From a virus: 64,000 nt of DNA. Of the stretch, positions 8,938-15,916 are shown piece after piece. Where the stretch lies: positions 128,001 through 192,000 of the IMG/VR virus record IMGVR_UViG_3300012642_000011, one strand, 5' to 3'. The notes below the pieces were generated by a model that was given only the letters and a program-made list of their open reading frames with translations, made no database searches and was not told where the DNA came from. The position numbers were made by a program, and so were the translations under genes. The first letter of the stretch is position 1. The number at the start of each line of letters is the position of its first letter.

Positions 8938-9432
8938 ATGAAGATCACCAAGGACACATACCGCTACATCGAAGACCTAATCGCCGCTGAAGACATCGAG
9001 TGGGCATGGAAGAGCACACTGAAGACCCATGCCCACCATCAGGGGTTCATCAACATCACAGAATCTGCAGAGTTCAGTGAAGCCACTGTCTTCAATGAGG
9101 ACACCCTTGATGACCTTGGCTACAACGGTGTCGGTGTCCTCTATCAGTATGCCCTTTCCATCTCCAGCAATGCATCCAAGAAGGAGACAGGGGCCTTCTA
9201 CACCCCTGAGGACATCGCTGACATCATGGCAGCACGGGCTTCCAGTGGAATCCATGAGCAGGGAAGATGGACTTCACCTTTGTTGAGGTGGAATTCCTCA
9301 GAGCGTTCAGAACTTCTTGAACACATTGACACCACCCTCAGCATTGCTACCATGACATCAACAACCCAATGTCGCTTGAGACCAAGACCACATTGGAATT
9401 GGATCAAGTTGACTTGCAAGATGTCAACATGA
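8938..9432 (+). pseudogene. N-terminal fragment of a gamma-class N6-adenine DNA methyltransferase
   Basis: 164-aa ORF with RBS aaggagagaccATG; contains MTase motif X (GAFYTPEDIADIM), but no motif I (DPAxGSG) or motif IV (NPPY) follows in any frame. Confidence 0.45.
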
Positions 9433-9476
9433 TATGCTATGATAGACAAGCAACAACAGAATAGAGAACTTCATAT

Positions 9477-9567
9477 GGATGGTTGTCCGAGCGGCCGAAG
9501 GATCTGGTCTTGAAAACCAGTGTGCAGTAACCCTGCACCGTGGGTTCAAATCCCACACCATCCGCCA
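9477..9567 (+). tRNA. tRNA-Ser (anticodon UGA), type II, CCA encoded (second copy)
   Basis: acceptor ggatggt/accatcc; anticodon stem ctggt/accag loop ctTGAaa; variable arm differs from the 3752 copy; T-arm gtggg-ttcaaat-cccac; gcca 3' end. Confidence 0.85.
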
Positions 9568-9743
9568 GAGTGTTCATGTTTGATATACTCTAAAGAAGGC
9601 ACACGAAACGCTCTGTATCAAAAGATATAGTCGCCGTGGTGAGAAAAGTAGCGCTGCTAATCTCACTTCTATGAATTTATCCATAGAATGCAATTGTCCG
9701 TAAAAAGGCAATTTGATAGGTGTAAGATTTTACACCTATCCTC

Positions 9744-9815
9744 GCCTCTTTAGCTCAGCGGCAGAGCACCTGTCTTGTAAACAGGGGGTCGGGGTCTCGG
9801 AATCCCCAAGAGGCT
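9744..9815 (+). tRNA. tRNA-Thr (anticodon UGU)
   Basis: acceptor gcctctt/aagaggc; D-arm gctcagcggcagagc; anticodon stem cctgt/acagg loop ctTGTaa; T-arm gggg-tctcggaa-cccc (atypical loop). Confidence 0.75.
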
Positions 9816-9836
9816 CAACAACAATTTAATACACAC

Positions 9837-9908
9837 GCTTCTGTAGGTTAACGGTAAACCAGATGACTCTAAATCATTGACATGCGGGTTCGACTCCCGT
9901 CAGAAGCA
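9837..9908 (+). tRNA. suppressor-type tRNA (anticodon CUA, reads UAG)
   Basis: acceptor gcttctg/cagaagc; D-stem ggtt/aacc; anticodon stem gatga/tcatt loop ctCTAaa (U33, A37); T-arm gcggg-ttcgact-cccgt; no alternative register gives a 5-bp stem. Confidence 0.7.
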
Positions 9909-10010
9909 CGAAGATAAAGTAAATCTCTTAAGTTGAGTTTACTCTTTCTTCTGTCTACTTGACAACACAAGAAGTATAGTGTACAATAGAAGACAACAAC
10001 AACAAAATAT

Positions 10011-10098
10011 GGAGATGTGGCTGAGCGGCCTAAAGCGGCACCCTGCTAAGGTGTTAGTCGGTAATCCCGGCTCGCAGGTTCAAATCCTGTCATCTCCG
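10011..10098 (+). tRNA. tRNA-Ser (anticodon GCU), type II
   Basis: acceptor ggagatg/catctcc; anticodon stem gcacc/ggtgt (G:U) loop ctGCTaa; long variable arm; T-arm gcagg-ttcaaat-cctgt. Confidence 0.8.
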
Positions 10099-10139
10099 CG
10101 ATCATTGAAAGCACTGCTGGCAATGAGACAATTGAATAT

Positions 10140-10215
10140 AGGGGTGTAGCTCAGTTGGTCAGAGCGGTGGTCTCCAAAACCTCGTCAGTCGCAGGTTCGA
10201 ATCCTGTCACCCCTG
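10140..10215 (+). tRNA. tRNA-Trp (anticodon CCA)
   Basis: acceptor aggggtg/cacccct; D-arm gctcagttggtcagagc; anticodon stem gtggt/acctc (one U:U) loop ctCCAaa; T-arm gcagg-ttcgaat-cctgt. Confidence 0.65.
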
Positions 10216-10231
10216 CTTATAACTTAATCAA

Positions 10232-10305
10232 GGCCCATTGGAGAAACTGGTTATCTCGCCACCCTCTCAAGGTGGAGGCTACGGGTTCGAGTCCCGTATG
10301 GGTCA
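10232..10305 (+). tRNA. tRNA-Glu (anticodon CUC), second copy
   Basis: acceptor ggcccat/atgggtc; anticodon stem ccacc/ggtgg loop ctCTCaa; T-arm acggg-ttcgagt-cccgt; similar D-region to the copy at 26-99. Confidence 0.75.
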
Positions 10306-10689
10306 CAGGAGAGGCAGCGGTAATGATTCCGAGCGCATCAACATGATGAACAATCAAGCGGATGCGAAAAGGAATTATATCTCGTAGTCAAGACTCCACT
10401 AACCCCCGAAACGCTTTGGCGGGTAATTCAAAGCGACATGGGTATAAATTGTTGAATCCATGGACTAGCGGGCAATTCAACGTTGGCTTCCATAAGAAGT
10501 TTTGTCTGCATTACTGCCACCATGTTGGTATGTCATTGGGGGCACCTGACTTATGGCGAAAGGTGCCCGACAACTCAATATGTGATGTAAAGAGTGTTGA
10601 CAAGCATATGAAGATATACGATCATTACATTATATAAGGAATCAAGAGGATTGAAAGATTTCAATCTGATAGCATTCTTCACATAATTA

Positions 10690-10767
10690 TGGTGACTATA
10701 GCTCAATTGGTTAGAGCGCCGGTTTGTGGTACCGGAGGTTGCGAGTTCGAGGCTCGTTAGTCACCCC
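10690..10767 (+). tRNA. tRNA-His (anticodon GUG), G-1 and CCA encoded
   Basis: G(-1)+gtgacta/tagtcac+C73+cca; anticodon stem ccggt/accgg loop ttGTGgt; strongly resembles enterobacterial tRNA-His in overall sequence. Confidence 0.85.
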
Positions 10768-10770
10768 AAC

Positions 10771-10812
10771 TAAAGAGATCAGGGATGTAATCCATCCCTG
10801 ATCTCTTTTCTT
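10771..10812 (+). terminator. rho-independent terminator after tRNA-His
   Basis: hairpin aaagagatcagggatg-taat-ccatccctgatctcttt followed by tcttgttt. Confidence 0.6.
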
Positions 10813-10949
10813 GTTTAGGCAATTTTATGTCAGCAAGAATCATGTTGACATTGCCTTCTTTCTCTCTGTCAGAGAGCAATATGCTATAATCACGAAGAGT
10901 GTAACACAACGGAGAATCATGGTTAGCAAGAAACGAAAGGTAACCCCTC

Positions 10950-11360
10950 ATGAGTGAAGTAGAACTCCATATAGGAAAACTTACTTTGTATCACGATGCA
11001 ATGGCATCATCCAAGACAATGGACGATGCTATCAAGGAGATCCTTGGAGAAACAGTGCATTCTGAAGATTATAATTCATGGTTAGAACGTTTCTACGAAG
11101 TAGAATATAATAAGCCCAACAGGGAGTATATCGTTGATGAGGCCAGAAGCCGAATCTATAAGACAGAAAATAAAGAAGTCTTCCTGCCAGTCAATAAGAG
11201 TTATAATATGAGCAGCAATGCAGATGGAACTATTGACTACGTTGCTTACTTCTACAACGGGGTAACTCATCTTGATGCGGAATTGCAGAACGGATTAAAA
11301 GAGATCAACGATCAAGAAATAAAAACATCTTTTGAAAAAGGAGAATTGTATTCAATATGA
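10950..11360 (+). CDS. hypothetical protein, paralog A of a tandem pair
   Basis: 136-aa track ORF; shares TxDDAIxEiLG and NADGTxxxxxxFYxG motifs with the next ORF; stop overlaps next start (ATGA). Confidence 0.6.
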   Translation: MSEVELHIGKLTLYHDAMASSKTMDDAIKEILGETVHSEDYNSWLERFYEVEYNKPNREYIVDEARSRIYKTENKEVFLPVNKSYNMSSNADGTIDYVAYFYNGVTHLDAELQNGLKEINDQEIKTSFEKGELYSI

Positions 11361-11746
11361 GCGACATACAGACACATAATGCCAAGGTATCAGTATACTT
11401 TGACTCCAACACATCTGAAAAAACTTTAGATGAAGCAATTCAGGAACTCTTAGGAAAGAGCGAACTGCCTGATTACTGCCGTACATGGTCAGAGTATCTG
11501 GATTGGGAAGAATTTGAATTTGAAGATGGTGCGCAATGCCTTGTTGATAAAAACGAGGGGATCATCTACAAGATAAAAACAGAAAAACTAGAAATGGGTG
11601 ATGGCTTCGTCTTCATGAAAAGAAACGCTGATGGAACTGTCAACGTTCTAACTCAATTCTACGATGGTGGAACGAATCTTCAAGAAGTGGTCTCAGAAGG
11701 ACTTGCAGATCTTGGAAGTAAAGATGAGTATTTCAGTACTTTCTGA
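11357..11746 (+). CDS. hypothetical protein, paralog B of a tandem pair
   Basis: 129-aa track ORF; paralogous to 10950..11360. Confidence 0.6.
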   Translation: MSDIQTHNAKVSVYFDSNTSEKTLDEAIQELLGKSELPDYCRTWSEYLDWEEFEFEDGAQCLVDKNEGIIYKIKTEKLEMGDGFVFMKRNADGTVNVLTQFYDGGTNLQEVVSEGLADLGSKDEYFSTF

Positions 11747-11875
11747 ACACTTAATTGTGATCAAGGAAAAATACTAACGCATAAGATTGCAAAGGCACTT
11801 TCAAAGAGGATTCATATTTTAATCATATGCAAGTGTCAGTAGGGAAAGAAGTCTCATCATCTTCCCCTACACCTT

Positions 11876-12016
11876 ACAGGAATAACTCAATGGTAGAGTG
11901 CTCAGAGTTCTGTCCACGAAGGTTCGATTCCTTCTGAAGCCAAGGTGGCATGGTTAACAGGTAACGTTCAAAAGAAGACTCATGAGAAGATGAAGGTTCA
12001 AATCCTTCTTCCTGTA
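11876..12016 (+). ncRNA. composite tRNA-like element (141 nt) with two T-arm hairpins
   Basis: 5' acaggaa (11876-11882) followed by canonical ta-actc-aatggta-gagt D-arm; two T-arm hairpins gaagg-ttcgatt-ccttc (about 11918-11934) and gaagg-ttcaaat-ccttc (about 11992-12008); terminal ttcctgt (12009-12015) is a perfect 7/7 complement of the 5' end; no canonical anticodon arm could be folded. Confidence 0.4.
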
Positions 12017-12148
12017 CACAACAAAGATCACATGATCATGCTTGAAGATCGCATAATAGTGACAATCAGCACATTGAGTAGACAAGAAGCAATAACTTTG
12101 ATATAGTAACCTATAGCAAGACCACAAAGGCATCTTCAGATTCCTTCT

Positions 12149-12222
12149 GGCCCTGTAGCGCAGTTGGTTAGCGCGCCGCCCTGTCACGGCGGAGGTCGCG
12201 GGTTCAAGTCCCGTCAGGGTCG
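12149..12222 (+). tRNA. tRNA-Asp (anticodon GUC)
   Basis: acceptor ggccctg/cagggtc (one G:U); D-arm gcgcagttggttagcgc; anticodon stem ccgcc/ggcgg loop ctGTCac; T-arm gcggg-ttcaagt-cccgt. Confidence 0.85.
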
Positions 12223-12347
12223 CAACTTTTATCGTAGACTCTCTTGAAAAACTGGATACGGTATATTCCTTGAAATCACGAAATCAATTCCACTGGACTA
12301 AAAACTTCCACGAATTGTAAAGATCATGAAAAGCAGAGGTCATAAGG

Positions 12348-13838
12348 ATGAATTTCTTAGAAGCACATCCAGAAGTTTCATCATCATGGTCTGAAAATAA
12401 TGCATTCTCTCCTGACTCAATCTCCAAAGCATCAAGGAAAAAAGTCATCATCATCTGTGATAAACATGGTGACTATGAAATCAGGGCAGATTCTTACCAC
12501 AATGGCAACAGATGCAAACAATGTGCAGCAGAAGTCAAAGCACAGAGCAAGATCACGAAAGCAATTGCTCAACATGGAAGCGGTCTAGAAAAGTACCCCT
12601 CGCTAAAAAAGTATGCAGTAAGAGATTTCCACGCTAAAGATGATCACAAGATACCATTCCGCTGTCCCGATTGCGCACACGAATGGACGCTATCGCCCTA
12701 TAGTCAAATGATTATCAACGGCTGCCCACAATGTGACCCACAGGCAAAGATAAGAATGAAGAATCACATTCCTACTATGAAGTCTTTGACACATGGAAAC
12801 ATAGCAGACCAGAAACCAGAGATAGTTGCACAATGGTCGCCAAAAAATGATCTAACAACAGAACAAGTCAGTTGCGGTTCTGGTTATCGCGCTACATGGA
12901 TATGTGAGATCAATCCGAACCATGAATGGGAATCCTTTGTTTACCAGAGAGCAGGAAAGAAGGAAACAGGATGCCCACAATGCAATATATCTGGAATAGA
13001 ATCAGAAATTGGTCAACTCCTATCCGATCACCATGTTGACTTCATTCGTTCCAATCGAAAAATTATTGCACCCTATGAACTGGACATATACATTCCAGAG
13101 AAAAATGTAGCCATAGAAGCCAATGGTGTCTATTGGCATACAGAAAAACAAGGAAAAGATAGGAACTATCACTACAACAAGTGGAAACAATGCCATGATC
13201 AAGGAATCCAACTGATCACCATCTGGGAAGATGACTGGATGATGAAAAAAGAACTCATTAAAAAGATGATTCTTCACAAGATTGGACTATCCCATCAGAA
13301 AAGTATCTACGCACGTACATGTTCAGTCAAAGATGTTCCCACTATAGAATCCAATAGATTCTTGAATACTTACCATATTCAAGGAGAAGCAAGAGGAAGT
13401 GTGAAGATTGGACTTCACCATGAAGGAGAACTGGTTGCTATCTCCGTATGGAAGAAACTTAAAGAAGATGAATGGGAATTATCTCGCTATGCAACAAGCA
13501 TGAACGTTGTTGGTGGAGCAAGCAAAGTCATCAAAGCATTCATTCGTCAACACTCGCCAAGCAAGATTGTCACATTCGCTGACCATGAAGTATCTGATGG
13601 TGGACTATATGAAAAATTAGGGTTCACTGCCGACAAGGAGATCAAGCCTGATTACAAGTATGTTATAGACAACAAAAGAATACACAAGTTTAATTATAGA
13701 TTGAAGAGGTTCAAGAGCGATCCCACACTCATCTACGAAGAAGGATTGAGTGAATCACAGTTGGCTCAACTGAATAACATTGATAGAGCATGGGATTGCG
13801 GTAAAACACGATATATTCTGCAGTTACCCTTGATTTGA
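12348..13838 (+). CDS. putative freestanding homing endonuclease: N-terminal zinc-ribbon repeats + C-terminal DUF559/Vsr-like PD-(D/E)xK nuclease (paralog 1)
   Basis: 496-aa ORF, RBS aagga; repeated xxCxxC...HEW...GCPQC units; nuclease core ELDIYIPEKNVAIEANGVYWH; conserved tail RAWDCGKTRY shared with 15917 and 20738 ORFs. Confidence 0.75.
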   Translation: MNFLEAHPEVSSSWSENNAFSPDSISKASRKKVIIICDKHGDYEIRADSYHNGNRCKQCAAEVKAQSKITKAIAQHGSGLEKYPSLKKYAVRDFHAKDDHKIPFRCPDCAHEWTLSPYSQMIINGCPQCDPQAKIRMKNHIPTMKSLTHGNIADQKPEIVAQWSPKNDLTTEQVSCGSGYRATWICEINPNHEWESFVYQRAGKKETGCPQCNISGIESEIGQLLSDHHVDFIRSNRKIIAPYELDIYIPEKNVAIEANGVYWHTEKQGKDRNYHYNKWKQCHDQGIQLITIWEDDWMMKKELIKKMILHKIGLSHQKSIYARTCSVKDVPTIESNRFLNTYHIQGEARGSVKIGLHHEGELVAISVWKKLKEDEWELSRYATSMNVVGGASKVIKAFIRQHSPSKIVTFADHEVSDGGLYEKLGFTADKEIKPDYKYVIDNKRIHKFNYRLKRFKSDPTLIYEEGLSESQLAQLNNIDRAWDCGKTRYILQLPLI

Positions 13839-13948
13839 ACTCTGAGTTGACAAAACAACCACGATGCTATAAGATACGAGTATCGTTTCATATGAAGAAT
13901 ACAGACCAACTTCTACGAATAAGTGATTCAAGTCTCTTGTTAACTGAG

Positions 13949-13977
13949 TTGACATGGTAATCTTGATATGCTATGAT
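13949..13977 (+). promoter_or_regulatory. sigma70-type promoter (TTGACA-17-TGcTATGAT)
   Basis: ttgaca 13949-13954, spacer ending atatgc, tatgat 13972-13977. Confidence 0.5.
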
Positions 13978-14049
13978 AGTAACATCAACCAAGGGAAACC
14001 GAGGAAGATACAACAACTGAAGAAGTTCTAAGAAAACTTGGAAAACGAG

Positions 14050-14078
14050 TTGACATCGAGAACAAGATGTGTTAGAAT
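14050..14078 (+). promoter_or_regulatory. sigma70-type promoter (TTGACA-17-TAGAAT) upstream of the tRNA-Gly/Ala run
   Basis: ttgaca 14050-14055, 17-nt spacer, tagaat 14073-14078. Confidence 0.5.
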
Positions 14079-14132
14079 AGATTCATCGCCTCAGGGCAAC
14101 AGATACTTGATAACAGAATAGTGGACAAACTT

Positions 14133-14206
14133 GCGGGTGTAGTGTTCAACGGTTAGCACATCAGTCTTCCAAACTGAGAGTAGGAGTTCGAATCTCCTTA
14201 TCCGCT
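14133..14206 (+). tRNA. tRNA-Gly (anticodon UCC)
   Basis: acceptor gcgggtg/tatccgc (G:U pairs); anticodon stem tcagt/actga loop ctTCCaa; T-arm aggag-ttcgaat-ctcct. Confidence 0.8.
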
Positions 14207-14323
14207 CAAGTCGAACAAAGACATGGTTTCATTGTGAACATGCTTTGGTAGACTCCAACTGTACGCTAGTGAAATAGTGTTACAGCGAACAATGACGATG
14301 ATTGCTTATCAGTCATTGACCAT

Positions 14324-14396
14324 GGGGGATTAGCTCAATGGGTAGAGCGTCTGCTTTGCAAGCAGAAGGTAAGGGGATCGTAGCCCCTATCCTCCA
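14324..14396 (+). tRNA. tRNA-Ala (anticodon UGC) with G3:U70
   Basis: acceptor gggggat/atcctcc with G3:U70 wobble and A73; anticodon stem tctgc/gcaga loop ttTGCaa; T-arm agggg-atcgtag-cccct. Confidence 0.8.
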
Positions 14397-14663
14397 CGTA
14401 GGGCAGGTTTCCAGACCTGTAATTGTTTCCCGTCGTGACCAGTATTACTGGTCACGTAAGAAGATTCACTTTCCCTACACATAGTGTTTCTTCGCCGCGA
14501 TTTCTACATTGCTGGAACAGTGTGCGGTAGGAGTTTATAGTTGCAATCAGAACAAAGGAAATCAACTGTGAGCAACGCCAGACTTGTTTTCATGTGGTCT
14601 CTTCAGCAGTCACATGAGGACAAGATTAGCCCTCCGGTCTTCAGGGAAGTAAAGAGGGCATAT

Positions 14664-14737
14664 GCGGAAGTAACTCAGTTGGCTAGAGTTCCTGCCTTCC
14701 AAGCAGGCTGTCGCGGGTTCGAGTCCCGTCTTCCGCT
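14664..14737 (+). tRNA. tRNA-Gly (anticodon UCC), second copy
   Basis: acceptor gcggaag/cttccgc; D-arm actcagttggctagagt; anticodon stem cctgc/gcagg loop ctTCCaa; T-arm gcggg-ttcgagt-cccgt. Confidence 0.8.
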
Positions 14738-14963
14738 CTCAAGCCAAAGGCAACAGTATTGCCAATGGTAAGAATTGATGTCATGTTCACTCAATGTTGA
14801 AAACATTGGCAGTGGCATCTTGTTCACAGTAAAGTAAGGCTTAATAGTCTCCCCTGTGAACCAACGAACAATACAGTGGCAAGACTTTCTCACAATGTGA
14901 AGAATGTTTTCGCTATTATACAGTGGTCATCATGCTTACACAGTGTGTTGAGGTGATGACTAT

Positions 14964-15034
14964 GCGGATATAGTTTAATGGTAAAACTCGTCCTTGCCAT
15001 GGACGTAATGGGAGTTCGATTCTCCCTATCCGCT
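14964..15034 (+). tRNA. tRNA-Gly (anticodon GCC)
   Basis: acceptor gcggata/tatccgc; anticodon stem cgtcc/ggacg loop ttGCCat; T-arm ggagt-tcgattc-tccc. Confidence 0.8.
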
Positions 15035-15208
15035 CTGTGTTTTCACTGAAAGCATTGTCTTGAGGTGTTAACGCTCCATTTACGATCTGAGATTGCCCGG
15101 CCATGGAATCGGGATGAGTCTGCACAGCCAAAGAGGTAGATTAGGTGCCATTGCCTATCAGATCATGGACAATGGAAGTCATGCTGTGCGCACAGTATGG
15201 CGTTTTAA

Positions 15209-15283
15209 CAGGCGGTAGGGAAGTTTGGTCATCCCGCCTTCCTTGGGAGAAGGAGATCGGTGGTTCGAATCCACCTCGCTTGA
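15209..15283 (+). tRNA. tRNA-Pro (anticodon UGG)
   Basis: acceptor caggcgg/tcgcttg (two G:U); D-stem ggga/tccc; anticodon stem ccttc/gaagg loop ctTGGga; T-arm ggtgg-ttcgaat-ccacc. Confidence 0.7.
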
Positions 15284-15320
15284 CTGATTGCTTATTGATA
15301 CTCTCAATAAGTAATATTGA

Positions 15321-15369
15321 GGGGGCGGTTACGTAACCCTTAGAACTGGCTCGATACCAGTTGCCTCCA
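15321..15369 (+). ncRNA. tRNA-like minihelix MH1 (acceptor stem + mini-hairpin + T-arm, no anticodon arm) with Ala-type G3:U70/A73
   Basis: gggggcg-gttacgtaac-ccttagaa-ctgg-ctcgata-ccag-t-tgcctcc-a: 7-bp acceptor (G1-C72, G2-C71, G3:U70, G4-C69, G5-C68), palindromic mini-hairpin, T-arm-like hairpin, discriminator A. Confidence 0.5.
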
Positions 15370-15423
15370 CTGTTGTCCACTATTCTGACAATGAAGATTC
15401 TTGAAGAAATTTGAGATGATGAG

Positions 15424-15452
15424 TTGACAATAAGTTATCAGTATGCTATGAT
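15424..15452 (+). promoter_or_regulatory. sigma70-type promoter (TTGACA-17-TGcTATGAT) driving minihelix MH2
   Basis: ttgaca 15424-15429, spacer ending gtatgc, tatgat 15447-15452; MH2 begins about 20 nt downstream. Confidence 0.5.
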
Positions 15453-15471
15453 GGTAACATCAATTGAATAT

Positions 15472-15519
15472 GGGGGTAGTCACGTGACTCATGAATTGGT
15501 TCGATACCAGTTACCTCCA
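15472..15519 (+). ncRNA. tRNA-like minihelix MH2, paralog of MH1, Ala-type G3:U70/A73
   Basis: gggggta-gtcacgtgac-tcatgaa-ttgg-ttcgata-ccag-t-tacctcc-a: same architecture and the same first five acceptor pairs as MH1 and as tRNA-Ala at 14324. Confidence 0.5.
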
Positions 15520-15707
15520 CGATGAAAACTACGATTAGTATTCGCATTCTATAGTAGTGAGTAATTACTGAAAACTCAATATAGTTCGTGCCGAGTACTC
15601 TGACTCATAATCAGAGGAAGCCTACAGGGCCTGCTTAGGCAGGTACACTGAGCGCGTTATGCGTGGATTGAGGCAATGCGAAAAGAGAACATTGGGTTTT
15701 CTTTTAT

Positions 15708-15782
15708 CGGGATATAGGAAAGTTTGGCTAATCCGCCTGCTTTGGGAGCAGGAGACCGACAGTTCAAATCTGTCTATCCCGA
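15708..15782 (+). tRNA. tRNA-Pro (anticodon UGG), second copy
   Basis: acceptor cgggata/tatcccg; anticodon stem cctgc/gcagg loop ttTGGga; T-arm gacag-ttcaaat-ctgtc. Confidence 0.8.
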
Positions 15783-15916
15783 CAGTGTATGAAATAGACC
15801 AGTAAATTACTGGTCTATTTTTGTTTTTGATGGTCGTTTTTATCTTACTTCTCACCATACTTGTATACTTCTCCCAAATGGTGTGCTCTAAGCATAGATC
15901 TTGTTATCATATATGT

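Noticed and set aside
10362-10637. 91-aa ORF between tRNA-Glu and tRNA-His
   Set aside because: It has no RBS and odd composition. The region contains hairpins and may be non-coding RNA. It is unresolved and not reported as a gene.
11876-12016. Group I intron in a tRNA
   Set aside because: The extra material is only about 65 nt, far below group I/II intron size. There are no P-element signatures.
15520-15700. Anticodon-arm-like hairpin tctga-ctCATaa-tcaga suggesting a tRNA-Met/Ile2
   Set aside because: No acceptor, D-arm or T-arm could be placed around it.
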